From the sequence record DRR378314_409: a stretch of DNA of 64,000 nucleotides; one strand, given 5' to 3'. The notes beneath the pieces are model-generated. The model saw only the letters and a program-made list of their open reading frames with translations. It was not told where the DNA came from and made no database searches. This document shows positions 47,803 through 59,665 of the stretch, one piece after another (position 1 is the stretch's first letter; every line of letters begins with the position of its first letter). The position numbers were made by a program, and so were the translations under genes.

Positions 47803-49008
47803 TTAGTCCAGAAAGCTTGTGCCATGTCGCAATGGTGACAGTCCCAAATGCAATGCAATGGATTGTCCTATATCTGAAAAGGTTTGACGCTCCCCTATAT
47901 TGCAGGGGGATAAGGTTTTTGAAAAGGCAATGACGGGCACAACTTCGCGGGTGTGATCTGTTCCAGGCCAGGTTGGGTCGCAGCCATGATCGGCGGACAG
48001 GATCAACAGGTCATCTGTCTGCATATGATTTTCAATTTCCGGCAGACGGGCATCAAACTCTTCAAGGGCCTGGGCGTATCCTGAAATGTCACGTCGGTGT
48101 CCAAAAGATTGATCAAAATCCACCAGGTTGGTGAATATTAAAGACCCCTCGCTGGCCCGGGTCATTGCGTCAAGTGTTGCATCTACCAACGCCATGTTGC
48201 CTGCAGCTTTGACGATTTCACCGGTTCCCCGATGGGCAAAAATATCCCCGATTTTACCCACCGATATAACCTGGTGTCCAGCGTCGCTGAGGTGATCAAG
48301 AAGGGTGGGTTCTGCAGGAGGGACGGCAAGGTCTTTTCGATTGTCTGTTCGTTCGTAATGCCCGTCGGCACCGATAAACGGGCGGGCAATGACCCGGCCA
48401 ATTTCTAGATCATCTACAAGTTTTCGGGCAACCTCACAGAGGTCATAAAGACGTTGAAGTCCAAAACTTTCTTCATGGGCGGCGATTTGAAGAACACTAT
48501 CAGCAGAGGTGTAGAATATCGGCTTACCGCTTTTCACATGTTCATCGCCCAGACGTGTGATAATTTCAGTCCCGGAGGCATGGCAATTACCCAGTATGCC
48601 CGGCAATTTGCAGGTTCTGATCAAACTATCGGTCAGTTCCTCTGGGAAGCAGGGGACTGTTTTGGGAAAATATCCCCAATCAAACAAAACTGGAAATCCT
48701 GCCATTTCCCAATGTCCGGAAGGCGTGTCTTTACCTTTGCTTTTTTCCTGCGCATAACCAAATCGGCCCTGCACTTCGTCACTCTGCACGGCGCCGGTTG
48801 TTTTCATTTGATGCGCAGCAAATAAACCAAGGCGCGCCAGATTTGGTAGTCGCAGAGGTCCTTGACGCATATCGTTGTCTGCTTGACCATTTGCTGCGGC
48901 TTGGAGAATATGTCCGAATGTATCTGCACCTTCATCACCGAAGTCGGCAGCATCCCGGGCATAGCCAAGACCAAAACTGTCCAGAACAATTAAGATGGCG
49001 CGGCTCAT
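47803..49008 (-). CDS. deoB: Phosphopentomutase
   Basis: [62 protein letters not shown]. Confidence 0.96.
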   Translation of the reverse strand: MSRAILIVLDSFGLGYARDAADFGDEGADTFGHILQAAANGQADNDMRQGPLRLPNLARLGLFAAHQMKTTGAVQSDEVQGRFGYAQEKSKGKDTPSGHWEMAGFPVLFDWGYFPKTVPCFPEELTDSLIRTCKLPGILGNCHASGTEIITRLGDEHVKSGKPIFYTSADSVLQIAAHEESFGLQRLYDLCEVARKLVDDLEIGRVIARPFIGADGHYERTDNRKDLAVPPAEPTLLDHLSDAGHQVISVGKIGDIFAHRGTGEIVKAAGNMALVDATLDAMTRASEGSLIFTNLVDFDQSFGHRRDISGYAQALEEFDARLPEIENHMQTDDLLILSADHGCDPTWPGTDHTREVVPVIAFSKTLSPCNIGERQTFSDIGQSIALHLGLSPLRHGTSFLD

Positions 49009-50342
49009 ACATCCTCCAATGTCAGTTTCCGTTTGACCACAGGTCGGCTGGTGGGGGGCTCCTCCACAATCTGAATTGCTGATAAAATACGTTTTTCAGC
49101 TTTATCCGCGGCTTCCTCGCTTCTGGCAAGGATCGTGGCAATGGGGTCACGCGGACCGGTTTTATCGCCGATCCCTTTGATATTGGAAAGTCCGACACCA
49201 TAATCAATAGGATCGGCTGCCCGGTGGCGTCCGCCGCCAAGATCCATCACAGCAACGCCCATTGTGCGGGTATCCATCTCTCCGATATATCCTCGCCTCG
49301 GGGCAATGACATGGCGCCGAATTGGGGCGAGGGGAAGATGTTCGTCGGGGTTTGTCATTAAATCCGACGGACCGCCCAGCGCTACAGTCATTTGGGCAAA
49401 TCGTTCTGCAGCACTTCCGCTTTTTAAGGCACCATGTATAGCGAGAGGGGCCGTTGTCTCGTCGGCGATGCCGGTAATGATCAGCATTTCCGCACAGAGT
49501 GCTGTCACCACTTCAAGTAATCTGGGGTCTTGATTAGCGCCCATCAGAAAATCTATGGTTTCACGGACCTCAATTGCGTTTCCAGCGGTGGTTCCCAATA
49601 CCTGGTTCATATCCGTCAATAAGGCAGAGGTCGGCATGTCTGCGCCATTAGCGACAGTGACGATGCTTTTAGCGAGATCTTCTGCATCGTTATAATCGGA
49701 TTTAAAAGCACCGGAGCCGTATTTTACATCCATAACAAGAGCATCAAGCCCTGCCGCCAGTTTCTTGGAGAGAATGGATGCGGTGATCAGGGAAATACTT
49801 TCGACCGTCGCAGTGACATCACGGGTCGCATAAAAGCGTCGGTCAGCAGGGGCGAGGTCTGAAGTTTGACCAATAATCGCGCAGCCAACGGTTTTGACAA
49901 CCTTGCTGAGCAATGCTGGATCGGGAGCGGTATTATATCCGGGAACACTGTCCAGTTTATCCAGCGTTCCGCCGGTATGACCAAGCCCGCGCCCGGAAAT
50001 CATGGGGACAGCGCCACCGCAGGCAGCAACAATCGGGGCCAGCATCAGGCTAACCTTATCGCCAACGCCGCCCGTAGAGTGTTTGTCAACAACAGGACGG
50101 CCCAGATCAGCTTTCGACCAATCCATGACATCCCCAGACTGAACCATTGCTTTGGTTAACCAAATGCGTTCCTGCATGGGCATGTCGCGAAAGAACACGG
50201 CCATTGCAAAAGCGGCAATCTGTCCCTCACTAATACTGTTATCCGTAATTCCGCGGACCATGAACCGAATTTCGGCTTCACTTAAGGCAAGACCATCCCT
50301 TTTTTTACGGATGATTTCCTGTGGAAAAAAATCCTCAGCCAT
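49005..50342 (-). CDS. deoA: Thymidine phosphorylase
   Basis: [38 protein letters not shown]. Confidence 0.95.
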   Translation of the reverse strand: MAEDFFPQEIIRKKRDGLALSEAEIRFMVRGITDNSISEGQIAAFAMAVFFRDMPMQERIWLTKAMVQSGDVMDWSKADLGRPVVDKHSTGGVGDKVSLMLAPIVAACGGAVPMISGRGLGHTGGTLDKLDSVPGYNTAPDPALLSKVVKTVGCAIIGQTSDLAPADRRFYATRDVTATVESISLITASILSKKLAAGLDALVMDVKYGSGAFKSDYNDAEDLAKSIVTVANGADMPTSALLTDMNQVLGTTAGNAIEVRETIDFLMGANQDPRLLEVVTALCAEMLIITGIADETTAPLAIHGALKSGSAAERFAQMTVALGGPSDLMTNPDEHLPLAPIRRHVIAPRRGYIGEMDTRTMGVAVMDLGGGRHRAADPIDYGVGLSNIKGIGDKTGPRDPIATILARSEEAADKAEKRILSAIQIVEEPPTSRPVVKRKLTLEDV

Positions 50343-50347
50343 AGGGC

Positions 50348-52723
50348 TTATTCTCCATAAGGGATCCAGATGTTTTTCACCTGGGTTGCCTGGTGTAAAA
50401 ATTCGCGGCCTTCACCTTGAACTGGATCCAACCAGTTCCGGGCTTTGCCATTGCTGACCCATGTGCGCTTCATATTGCCAGCGGAGGCTGTTTCCACCAT
50501 GCGGCTGCCGTCTTCGGACCCAAAGTACCAGACAGACTTAACATCGTCATGGTCAGCCAAGGTCTTTGCCAATTCTTCTTGATAGCCGGTAATTATATTA
50601 AAGCTCCCGGCAGGGATGTCAGAGGTTTCAAGGACCTGATAGAGGTCTGTTGCAAGAAGGGGATATGCTTCCGATGCCACAAGGACAATCTGGTTTCCCA
50701 TCGCAAGAGCCGGTGCAGCAAGGGAAATCATAGAGAGCAAGGGGGTTGTGTCAGGGCAGATGATCCCGATGGTGCCTAATGCCTCTTTCATGGCGAGGGT
50801 TACGCCGCGCATGGGTGGTGTATGGATCTGTCCTTCAAATTTGTCAGCCCAGGCTCCGTAGGAGAAGAGGCGGCTAACCGAGCAATCTACTTCTGCCACT
50901 GCCTGTTTTTTTGTGGCGCCAGTCGTACGTGTCAATCTTGCGGTAAATTCGTCCCGCCGAATATCCAGATTTTCGGCCAGATAATAAAGAACCTGCGCGC
51001 GACCATGGGCAGAGTTTGACGTCCAGCCTGTATTTTTGCGCGCGGCCTCCACCGCATTTCGAATGTCTTTGCGGTTTCCATGGCCCACTTCAGCGATTTT
51101 TTCACCTTTTGCATCAAAGGCAGGCAGGCTGTAGCCACTGTCCGGGCGGGCTTGTTTCCCACCAATATAAAGCTTTGGTGTGCGGTCAATGTGGAGGGAA
51201 GGCGAGGCTTGTTTGGGCGATGGAGTGTTGAGTGGTTTTTGTTGCGGCAAACTGGATAGAAACGCGGGTTTTAAAACTTCCATCATGCCTTCACGGCCGC
51301 CTTCACGTCCATAGCCGGACTCCCGGTTACCACCAAATCCGCAAGCAGCGTCAAATTGATTGGTACTGTTGATCCAGACGACACCGCAGTCCAGTTTCGG
51401 GGCTATATCCAAGGCAAGGTTTATGCTCTCACTCCAAATAGAGGCAGCCAAGCCGTAGCGGGTATTATTCGCCAGTTTGACAGCTTCGTCGGGTGTTCGG
51501 AATGTCATGGTCACAACGACAGGGCCAAAAATCTCCTCCTGCGCAATGACTGAAGCTGTTTCCACACCCGTAAAGAGGCTGGGTGGGTAGAAAGATCCAT
51601 CCTTTGGTATCGCCCAACTGGGTTGCCATAAAGTAGCGCCTTCCTCTTGACCTCGGGCCACCAGTTTCTCAATCCTTGAAAGTTGCATCGGGGAGACAAT
51701 AGCGCCCATATCAATACATTTATCCAGAGGATCGCCGAGACGAAGTTTTTCCATTCGAAATTTCAGTTTTTCAATAAACTGATCATGGATGCCCTCTTGA
51801 ATCAGCAGGCGAGAGCCTGCGCAACATACCTGGCCCTGATTAAACCAAATGGCATCAACCACGCCTTCGACAGCACTGTCCAAATCTGCATCTTCAAAGA
51901 CAATGAACGGAGATTTCCCGCCAAGTTCCAAGGTCAGTGATTTACCGCTGCCAGCTGTCGCTTGTCGAATTTTCCGGCCCACTGCAGTAGAGCCTGTAAA
52001 CGCAATTTTGTTGACGTCCGGATGATTGACAATCAGCTCTCCGGTCATGCCATCACCCGTGACAATATTGATCACACCAGCGGGTATGCCCGCATCTTTG
52101 CAGATCTCTGCAAAACAGAGGGCGGTGAGGGATGTATATTCCGCCGGTTTTAAAATAACTGTATTTCCAGCGGCGATAGCGGGTGCAATTTTCCAGGCCA
52201 GCATGAGTAAAGGGAAATTCCAGGGAATAATCTGACCGACGACGCCTAGTGGCTCCATCCCGGCAAATTCGCTTTCCTGCAATTGTGCCCATCCGGCATG
52301 GTGATAAAAATGACGAGCCACAAGGGGAATATCAATATCCCGGGTTTCGCGGACCGATTTGCCGTTGTCCAAGGTTTCCAGAACCGCCAGAAGTCGCGCG
52401 TTGCGTTGGATTGCGCGGGCAAGGCTATAAAGATGACGCGCCCGCTCATGTCCGGAAAGCGCGGCCCAGCCACTTTGGGCTTTGCGGGCAGATTTGACAG
52501 CTTTATTGACATCTTCTTCACTGCCAGCAGCAATTTCAGCCAGGATTTTCCCGGTACCTGGATTGCTGGATTTGAACCATTTATCCTGAGATGGTTTTAC
52601 CCATTCTCCTTTAATGAAATGGCTGAATTTGGCGTTTTTCCCCTGCAACCATTCAAGTGCTTCTTTATCACTTTCAGGAGCAGGGCCATATTCCATTGTT
52701 TCAAAAATTTGATCGACGTTCAT
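50348..52723 (-). CDS. Extended aldehyde dehydrogenase (ALDH16-type, second Rossmann-like domain)
   Basis: IPWNFP, FTGST, LELGGK, GQVCCAG, EEIFGPV followed by a second truncated ALDH domain ending KNIWIPYGE. Confidence 0.9.
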   Translation of the reverse strand: MNVDQIFETMEYGPAPESDKEALEWLQGKNAKFSHFIKGEWVKPSQDKWFKSSNPGTGKILAEIAAGSEEDVNKAVKSARKAQSGWAALSGHERARHLYSLARAIQRNARLLAVLETLDNGKSVRETRDIDIPLVARHFYHHAGWAQLQESEFAGMEPLGVVGQIIPWNFPLLMLAWKIAPAIAAGNTVILKPAEYTSLTALCFAEICKDAGIPAGVINIVTGDGMTGELIVNHPDVNKIAFTGSTAVGRKIRQATAGSGKSLTLELGGKSPFIVFEDADLDSAVEGVVDAIWFNQGQVCCAGSRLLIQEGIHDQFIEKLKFRMEKLRLGDPLDKCIDMGAIVSPMQLSRIEKLVARGQEEGATLWQPSWAIPKDGSFYPPSLFTGVETASVIAQEEIFGPVVVTMTFRTPDEAVKLANNTRYGLAASIWSESINLALDIAPKLDCGVVWINSTNQFDAACGFGGNRESGYGREGGREGMMEVLKPAFLSSLPQQKPLNTPSPKQASPSLHIDRTPKLYIGGKQARPDSGYSLPAFDAKGEKIAEVGHGNRKDIRNAVEAARKNTGWTSNSAHGRAQVLYYLAENLDIRRDEFTARLTRTTGATKKQAVAEVDCSVSRLFSYGAWADKFEGQIHTPPMRGVTLAMKEALGTIGIICPDTTPLLSMISLAAPALAMGNQIVLVASEAYPLLATDLYQVLETSDIPAGSFNIITGYQEELAKTLADHDDVKSVWYFGSEDGSRMVETASAGNMKRTWVSNGKARNWLDPVQGEGREFLHQATQVKNIWIPYGE

Positions 52724-52733
52724 GTCCAAGTCC

Positions 52734-53720
52734 TCAACCCATGGGGTGACGGAAGTCTGCAGAATAGCGGCCCGTTACAAAATGTTCGAGCTGGCGTTCA
52801 ATATCGGCCAATAAGCTGGAAGCACCTATTCGAAATAGTTCTGGTTGTAGCCAGTCATTCCCAAGCTCCTCCTTCATTAGGATCTGGTAGGATATGACAT
52901 CCTTGGCGGTGCTGATACCGCCAGCAGGTTTATAGCCGATCTTGAACCCGGTCATATTTTCGTAAGCCCTGATGGCCCGGATCATGACCAAACTGACCGG
53001 CAAGGTTGCATTGACACTTTCCTTGCCGGTTGAGGTTTTGATGAAATCTGCGCCCGCCATCATGGCAATCATGCTGGCCTTGGCAACGTTGCGAAGAGTG
53101 ACAAGTTCACCCGTCCCCAAGATTGCTTTCAAATGGGCATCCCCACAGGCTTCGCGAAAGGTTTTGATTTCTTCGTATAAGGCTTGCCAGTTTCCGGTTA
53201 GGACATGCCCACGGGTGATCACGATATCAATTTCCTTCGCGCCCGCCGCTACCGAAGCCTCAATCTCTTTGACACGAAGATCAAAAGGGCTAAGTCCGGC
53301 TGGAAATCCCGTTGAAACGGCGGCAACCGGAATATTAGTGCCTTCCAAAGCCTGAACCGCAGTTTCCACCATGGTGTGATACACGCAAATGGCGCCGGTT
53401 GTCAGATGCTGGTTTTGCATACCAAGCGCATCAATCAGGTCTGCCCGAACCGGTTGCCTGGCTTTGGCGCATAGTCGGCGAACCCGGCCTGGTGTGTCAT
53501 CACCGCTTAAGGTGGTCAGGTCAATGCAGGAGATGGCTTTTAAAAGCCAGGCAGCCTGATATTCCTTTTTGACAGTTCGCCGCCCCGGTAATGTTTTGGC
53601 CCGGCGTTCAACTGCACTTAAATTGACATGGATATTTTCAATCGCATCGCTGGAATAGGGTAATCCGGGATTACGGCTATCGGCCTGTTCGCTAGGGGTC
53701 AATTTGCTAATTGTTGCCAT
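52734..53720 (-). CDS. deoC: Deoxyribose-phosphate aldolase
   Basis: IDLTTL.GDDT, VSTGFP.G, EIDIV, GADFIKTSTGK, KPAGGI, RIGASSLL. Confidence 0.95.
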   Translation of the reverse strand: MATISKLTPSEQADSRNPGLPYSSDAIENIHVNLSAVERRAKTLPGRRTVKKEYQAAWLLKAISCIDLTTLSGDDTPGRVRRLCAKARQPVRADLIDALGMQNQHLTTGAICVYHTMVETAVQALEGTNIPVAAVSTGFPAGLSPFDLRVKEIEASVAAGAKEIDIVITRGHVLTGNWQALYEEIKTFREACGDAHLKAILGTGELVTLRNVAKASMIAMMAGADFIKTSTGKESVNATLPVSLVMIRAIRAYENMTGFKIGYKPAGGISTAKDVISYQILMKEELGNDWLQPELFRIGASSLLADIERQLEHFVTGRYSADFRHPMG

Positions 53721-54573
53721 TGGTTTCCTCTTTCAGATGTGCCTTCAAGAGTTCGCGCTTCAAGGTTTCAAGGAAGATAACCACTAATTTTTCCAAATCT
53801 GCCGCCGCCAGTTTCGCACATTCCAGAGTCTGTTCGTGACTGAGTTTGGTTTTGCTCAATCCTGCGACAAGATTGGTAATATTTGAAATGCCAGCCACGC
53901 GCATTCCACAGTGTCGGGCAACCAGCACTTCTGGCGTGGTCGACATGCCGACCGCATCAGCCCCCAGGGTTTTAAAAGCTCTGATCTCGGCAGGGGTTTC
54001 AAAATTGGGGCCAGGGTAATGCAGGTAAACACCTTCGCTGAGTGTGATCTCCAACTCTTTGGCCACAGCCTTCAGATGTTCCCGCAATATTGGATCATAG
54101 GCGTCTTCCATTGAAAAAAAACGCGGGCCAAATCGATCGTCATTCTCTCCGATCAGGGGATTGCGGGCCGTGAAATTGATGTGATCTGAAATCAGCATCA
54201 GACTGCCGGCGCCAACCTCTTCATGAAAGCTACCAGCCGCATTTGTAACCAGTAATATGTCCACGCCAATCAGCTTCATGACCCGAATGGGAACCGCCAG
54301 ATCCTGAGGCTCGCCCCCTTCATATAGATGGATACGGCCTTGCATGCAGACAACAGGCATGCCGCCCAAACGCCCGAGGATCAAGCGACCCTGATGTCCC
54401 TCGACAGTGGATTGCGGAAATTCAGGAATCTCTGAAAAATCAACTGACGCAATCGCGTCGATCTGGTCGGCAAGACCGCCCAACCCAGAACCCAGAATAA
54501 TCCCGACCTTTGGGGAAAAGCCAGGAACCTTGGATTTGAGAAAATCAGCGCCAATATGGGGATCTAGTGGCAT
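53707..54573 (-). CDS. Trimeric purine-nucleoside phosphorylase (PunA/XapA type)
   Basis: ILGSGLG, GH.G, QGRIHLYEG, TNAAG, GPNFETPAE, VGMSTTPE, ITN. Confidence 0.93.
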   Translation of the reverse strand: MPLDPHIGADFLKSKVPGFSPKVGIILGSGLGGLADQIDAIASVDFSEIPEFPQSTVEGHQGRLILGRLGGMPVVCMQGRIHLYEGGEPQDLAVPIRVMKLIGVDILLVTNAAGSFHEEVGAGSLMLISDHINFTARNPLIGENDDRFGPRFFSMEDAYDPILREHLKAVAKELEITLSEGVYLHYPGPNFETPAEIRAFKTLGADAVGMSTTPEVLVARHCGMRVAGISNITNLVAGLSKTKLSHEQTLECAKLAAADLEKLVVIFLETLKRELLKAHLKEETNGNN

Positions 54574-55544
54574 TATTTTTCCTTGATGTAAGGTTGTCCG
54601 ATTGCTTTCGGAGGATGGGCCTTGCCGACAAACCCTGCCAACAGCAATACAGTAAGAATATAGGGTAGTGCCTGAATAAATTGTACCGGTATCACTCCGA
54701 TTAACGGAACTTCAACGCCTTGCAGGCGGGCTTGTAACGCATCGGTAAAGGCAAATAACAGACAGGCGAGCAACGTCGGCACCGGTTTCCATTTCCCGAA
54801 GATTAAGGCAGCCAATGCCAGATATCCTTTGCCTGCGGTCATATCGCGAATAAATCCAGCACCGTGCGCGGTGGATAGGTACGATCCCGCAATGCCACAG
54901 AGGAACCCGGTAACTGCCAGGGCTTTATAGCGCATCAACGCGACAGAAATTCCAGCCGTATCTACGGCCGACGGGTTCTCACCGACAGCCCGCACTCTTA
55001 AACCAAACCGGGTCCGATACAGAATATAAGCTACGATAGGAACGGATAGGGCGGCCATATACACAATCACGTTATGACCTGATATTAATTCTGAATAGAT
55101 ATTGCCTAGGATCGGCACATCAGCAAGTGCATCCGCAAAAGGCAGGGTGATTGCCGTAAAACGTTCGTCTCCCTGCAGGGCAGGTGTGCGGCCACCCAGC
55201 TTGAACCATGCATACCCCAGCGTCGGTGTCAGTCCGGCCACGACAATATTGATGGCCATGCCTGAGACAACCTGATTTCCGTTATGGGTCACACAGGCAT
55301 AAGCATGCAATGACGACAAGGTCAAGGAGGCAAGAATACCTGCCCCAAGTCCCAACCAGGCGGAGTCTGTTGTCGTTGCAACGGCGGCTGCGGCAAACGC
55401 GGCGCCAAGCATTTTACCTTCCAGCCCGATATCCACAATGCCGGAGCGTTCTGAAAACATCCCTGCCATGGCCGCAAGGACCAATGGGGTGGCAACACGC
55501 AGCGTTGCATCAAAGAGAAGGATGAGGGCTTCGAATATTTCCAT
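54573..55544 (-). CDS. Nucleoside ABC transporter permease
   Basis: FSERSG.VDIGLEG.M, NQVVSG.AIN, RAVGENP, G.GYLALAA.IFGKW. Confidence 0.9.
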   Translation of the reverse strand: MEIFEALILLFDATLRVATPLVLAAMAGMFSERSGIVDIGLEGKMLGAAFAAAAVATTTDSAWLGLGAGILASLTLSSLHAYACVTHNGNQVVSGMAINIVVAGLTPTLGYAWFKLGGRTPALQGDERFTAITLPFADALADVPILGNIYSELISGHNVIVYMAALSVPIVAYILYRTRFGLRVRAVGENPSAVDTAGISVALMRYKALAVTGFLCGIAGSYLSTAHGAGFIRDMTAGKGYLALAALIFGKWKPVPTLLACLLFAFTDALQARLQGVEVPLIGVIPVQFIQALPYILTVLLLAGFVGKAHPPKAIGQPYIKEK

Positions 55545-55547
55545 GAA

Positions 55548-56669
55548 TTATGCCTCCACCTTGCCGGATGCAGTTTTCCGCTTGAAGAGCCCTTCGATTT
55601 TTGGCCGGAACATATTTTCAAGTGCGCCAGAGAACAAAATGATCAACCCCTGGATCACAATCACCATTTCCTTATTGATGTTGCTCATCTCAAAAGACAG
55701 TTCAGTGCCGCCCTGATAGATCGCCCCAAACAAAAGCGCTGCCATGAAAATGCCGACCGGGTGGTTGCGGCCCATCAATGCCACGGCAATTCCAACAAAA
55801 CCATAGCCACCCGTGAAATCCATTAAGACCTTATGGTGAACGCCCAGCAGTTCATTGACCGCAACAAAACCAGCAAGTCCGCCGGATATGACCATGGCAA
55901 GAATAATGTTTTTTGACGGCGAAATTCCGGCATATTTACCTGCATGTTCATTTTGACCGACGACCCGGATTTCGTATCCCCAGCGGGTTTTCCAAACAAA
56001 ATAGTAGAAAGCAAAGCTCAAAGCGATGGCGAGGATAAAACTGAAATTCAGTGGGCTGTCGGCCATACCGGTAAATTCTGGCGCGTTTGCCAGCCAGGTA
56101 TGTTCAGCAAATTCGCGGGTTTCAGGGGATCCGCCCGCTTTTGGATTGATCATCACTTCCACCAGCAAATAGTTCATCACCGAAAAGGCGATAAAGTTAA
56201 ACATGATCGTGGTAATGACGATATGGCTGCCCCGTTTTGCCTGCAGGTAAGCTGGAATATAGGCCCATCCCGCACCGAATACAGCGGCCCCCATAATGGC
56301 GAGAGGTATCACGGCCCAAAAGGGGAGAAAATCAAGATAAAGTGCTCCAAGCCCGACGCCCAGACCGCCAATAAAGGCTTGTCCCTCTGCGCCGATATTA
56401 AAAAGACCGCAATGAAATGCGATGGCAACGGCCAGGCCTGTAAAGATGAAGTTGGTGGTGTAATAAAGTGTGTATCCAATGGCTTCGGGATAGCCAAACG
56501 CCCCGTAAATGAGGACTTCCAAAGCCATGATCGGATCGTCACCAACGATAAGGATTACAACGCCCGAGATCAGGAATGCAGCGATGAGATTAATTAAAGG
56601 AATAAGACCCAGATTGACCCAGCCGGGCACTTTGGCGGGCGCACCAAAACCTGCTTTTGTCTCCGCCAT
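55548..56669 (-). CDS. Nucleoside ABC transporter permease
   Basis: GLFNIGAEGQ, VITTIMFN, GYEIR.VG.N, GFVGIAVALMGRNHP. Confidence 0.9.
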   Translation of the reverse strand: MAETKAGFGAPAKVPGWVNLGLIPLINLIAAFLISGVVILIVGDDPIMALEVLIYGAFGYPEAIGYTLYYTTNFIFTGLAVAIAFHCGLFNIGAEGQAFIGGLGVGLGALYLDFLPFWAVIPLAIMGAAVFGAGWAYIPAYLQAKRGSHIVITTIMFNFIAFSVMNYLLVEVMINPKAGGSPETREFAEHTWLANAPEFTGMADSPLNFSFILAIALSFAFYYFVWKTRWGYEIRVVGQNEHAGKYAGISPSKNIILAMVISGGLAGFVAVNELLGVHHKVLMDFTGGYGFVGIAVALMGRNHPVGIFMAALLFGAIYQGGTELSFEMSNINKEMVIVIQGLIILFSGALENMFRPKIEGLFKRKTASGKVEA

Positions 56670-58234
56670 CAGACTTTTGCCTCACTCATACTCTGATCCT
56701 CATCAGCCTCATCGGTGATACCGGCCATCATCAACCCCAGTTTTTGTTCAGTCGCATCCTTTGCATCCAATTCACCAACAATGGCGCCGTCGAACATCAC
56801 CGCAATTCGATCGGATAGGGACATTACCTCATCAATTTCAACGGAGACCACGAGGATGGCTTTGCCCTGGTCGCGCATATGGATCAGTTGTTTGTGGATA
56901 AATTCAATCGCACCAATATCAACCCCGCGGGTTGGTTGGCCAACGAGGAGAACGTCAGGGTCTTGTTCCATTTCACGGGCGAGAACGAGTTTCTGCTGAT
57001 TGCCGCCAGAAAAACCGGAGGCTTTCAGGCTGGGGTCAGGCGGGCGCACATCAAACTTCTCAATATATTCCTCGCAGGTTGAGACCATCTGACTGGTGTC
57101 CAATGTCGTACCGTTATTGAACATGGGCAGGTCATGATAGCCGAGCGCCGTATTTTCATTGGCGCTGAAGGAAAGGACCAGACCTGCTTTGTGACGATCT
57201 TCTGGGACATGCCCCAGACCAATTTTCCGAAGGTCACGGGCGTTGAACTGAGGCGAGCCGACCAGCTCTTGCCCTTTGAAAAGGACACTTCCCGATTTTG
57301 GCGTCTTAATACCTCCCAGAACTTCCATAAGTTCGGATTGTCCATTTCCGGATACACCAGCGATACCAAGGATTTCCCCCGCCTTTACGGAGAGGCAAAT
57401 ATTTTTCAGACGGGCGACCCCATCACCATCAGCGTAATTGAGGTCGGTTACTTTTAGAAGTTCTGCGCCGGGTTTAGCGTCCTCTTTTTCAACGCGTAAG
57501 AGGACGGACCTGCCGACCATGAGCTCGGCAAGATGCTCCCGATCTGTGTCTTTTGTTGCCACATGCGCCACCATCTCACCGCGCCGCATAACGGACACAT
57601 TATCCGTAATGGCCATGATTTCCCGAAGCTTATGGGTAATCAGGATAACGGTTTTGCCCTGATCGCGAAGCGTGTTCAGGATGCGGAACAAGTGATCGGC
57701 TTCCTGTGGTGTTAACACGCCTGTGGGTTCGTCCAGGATCAGGATTTCTGCGCCTCTGTACAAAGCTTTCAGAATCTCGACCCGCTGTCGGAGGCCTACA
57801 GGTAAATCCCCGACGAGGGCGTCGACATCGACTTCCAGAGTATATTCTTTTTCAAGGCGTTCCAGTTCAGCACGGGCGTGTTGCATGCCCTTAGCCAACC
57901 GGTTGCCGCCCTCCACACCCAGAATGATATTTTCAAGGACAGTGAAGGTATCAACCAGCATGAAATGTTGATGGACCATTCCGATGCCAGCCTGGATGGA
58001 AGCTTGCGGATTATCTATTTCACACGGAGTGCCATTGACATAAATATCTCCGTCGTCGGCTTGATAAAAGCCGTACACAATACTCATAAGAGTGGATTTA
58101 CCAGCGCCATTTTCGCCAATAATCCCGTGAATGGTGCCGCGGTCCACTGACAAGGAGATATCCTTGTTTGCGTGAACCGCGCCAAACCATTTATTCACGC
58201 GGCGCAACTCTAGCGCCGGTTTTGCTTTCGTCAT
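56669..58234 (-). CDS. Nucleoside ABC transporter ATPase (CUT2, two NBDs)
   Basis: GENGAGKST, GMVHQHF, LDEPT, GVSGNGQ, PEDRH, SGGNQQK, QPTRGVD. Confidence 0.93.
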   Translation of the reverse strand: MTKAKPALELRRVNKWFGAVHANKDISLSVDRGTIHGIIGENGAGKSTLMSIVYGFYQADDGDIYVNGTPCEIDNPQASIQAGIGMVHQHFMLVDTFTVLENIILGVEGGNRLAKGMQHARAELERLEKEYTLEVDVDALVGDLPVGLRQRVEILKALYRGAEILILDEPTGVLTPQEADHLFRILNTLRDQGKTVILITHKLREIMAITDNVSVMRRGEMVAHVATKDTDREHLAELMVGRSVLLRVEKEDAKPGAELLKVTDLNYADGDGVARLKNICLSVKAGEILGIAGVSGNGQSELMEVLGGIKTPKSGSVLFKGQELVGSPQFNARDLRKIGLGHVPEDRHKAGLVLSFSANENTALGYHDLPMFNNGTTLDTSQMVSTCEEYIEKFDVRPPDPSLKASGFSGGNQQKLVLAREMEQDPDVLLVGQPTRGVDIGAIEFIHKQLIHMRDQGKAILVVSVEIDEVMSLSDRIAVMFDGAIVGELDAKDATEQKLGLMMAGITDEADEDQSMSEAKV

Positions 58235-58257
58235 GCTGAATAGTCTAGCTGGTCAGT

Positions 58258-59244
58258 TTATTGAGCCGAGTAGTCGGTGACTTTGATTTTACCGGAAATG
58301 ATGTCAGCTTTGGCAGCTTCCAGCTTTTCAATCATGTCTTTGCTCATCATGTCTTTGTTATGCTGATCAACGGCATAACCAACGCCACCTTCGGCAAGAC
58401 CCAGAATTTTAATTCCGGGCTCCCAAGTGCCATTCTTTGCGGACATGAAAGCATCCTGAACGGCAACATCAACCCGTTTGAGCATGGAAGTCAGCATCGT
58501 GCCCGGTTGTAAATGATTTTGGTTGCTGTCAACGCCGATGGCCAACTTGCCACTATCTTTTGCGGCTTGATAAACACCAATACCGGTTCCGCCGGCAGCG
58601 GCATAAACGACATCAGCCCCCCGATCGAATTGACTTTTAGCCAACTCACCGCCTTTGGTTGGATCATTCCACGCCGAAGGAGTTGTACCTGTCATATTTT
58701 CAAAGACTTCTGCATCTGAGTTGGCATATTTAACGCCTTCTTTATAACCAAGCGCAAATTTCCGGATCAGTGGAATATCCATGCCTCCAACAAAACCGAC
58801 TTTACCGGTTTTACTGGCCATAGCAGCCGCCATACCAACAAGGAAGGATCCTTCATGTTCTTTAAAGATAACGGATTGAACATTTGGAAGGTCGACAACC
58901 ATATCGATGATAGTGAATTTGGTGTCCGGATTAGCCTTGGCTGCCTTTTCAACAGCAGATCCTTGGGCAAATCCCATGGCAACAACGATGTCAGCACCTT
59001 TGCGCGCCATACGTTTAGTTGCTTGTTCGCGCTGGGAAACCTGAGTGACCTCAAACTCCATATATTCAATGCCGGTTTCTTTTTTGAAGGCTTCCGCACC
59101 ATTATAACCAGCCTCGTTAAAGGACTTGTCAAATTTACCGCCCATGTCATAGACGATAGCCGGTTTAAAATCGTCGGCCTGTGCGACGCCGGTGACCGCA
59201 AAAACGGCCGCTGCGATTGCTGTGAGTTTGAGCTTTTTAAACAT
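58258..59244 (-). CDS. BMP-family substrate-binding protein (nucleosides)
   Basis: Signal peptide, DMGGKFDKSFNE, F.EHEGSFL.G, AAGGTG.G, IGVD.NQ; ATG 59244 with GGAGAGG. Confidence 0.92.
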   Translation of the reverse strand: MFKKLKLTAIAAAVFAVTGVAQADDFKPAIVYDMGGKFDKSFNEAGYNGAEAFKKETGIEYMEFEVTQVSQREQATKRMARKGADIVVAMGFAQGSAVEKAAKANPDTKFTIIDMVVDLPNVQSVIFKEHEGSFLVGMAAAMASKTGKVGFVGGMDIPLIRKFALGYKEGVKYANSDAEVFENMTGTTPSAWNDPTKGGELAKSQFDRGADVVYAAAGGTGIGVYQAAKDSGKLAIGVDSNQNHLQPGTMLTSMLKRVDVAVQDAFMSAKNGTWEPGIKILGLAEGGVGYAVDQHNKDMMSKDMIEKLEAAKADIISGKIKVTDYSAQ

Positions 59245-59317
59245 TATAGACCTCTCCCTGTCCAAATGTGGTTGATTCCTGTAGACTTGGCTTGCTGATT
59301 GAAGCCAAACGTAAAAT

Positions 59318-59333
59318 TTGACTAATTGGTCAG
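59318..59333. promoter_or_regulatory. RutR-like operator upstream of the nucleoside operon (putative)
   Basis: TTGACTAATTGGTCAG versus TTGACCAnnTGGTCAA, two mismatches. Confidence 0.55.
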
Positions 59334-59472
59334 ACTTTGTCGAGTCTTCATTTCGAGTATAAAAGGCAAAACGGCTTTGATATAGTTTTTTCATGTCAGA
59401 AGAGCCGCGATCGGGTTATATAGCCTAGAAATAACCAATGCATCATTTCGAAGATGAGTAAAGGGATACTAG

Positions 59473-59652
59473 ATGTCAGATTCTGAACCTGTTGTGATCG
59501 ATTTAAAAGAACTGGTGCAACAACATTTGGACGGTCGGAAGGGATTCGCCAACACCAAGAAACTCAGAAAACTCGGCCTGGGAAAATATTGTGAGTGGAA
59601 AGAAGAGACACTTGCCAAACAAATAGCTGGTCGAAAATCCGGAAAATCTTGA
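59473..59652 (+). CDS. Putative 59-aa basic small protein (below ORF-track cutoff)
   Basis: AAGGGA RBS; MSDSEPVVIDLKELVQQHLDGRKGFANTKKLRKLGLGKYCEWKEETLAKQIAGRKSGKS; ends 13 nt before the next gene. Confidence 0.55.
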   Translation: MSDSEPVVIDLKELVQQHLDGRKGFANTKKLRKLGLGKYCEWKEETLAKQIAGRKSGKS

Positions 59653-59665
59653 GAGATATTTGTAA

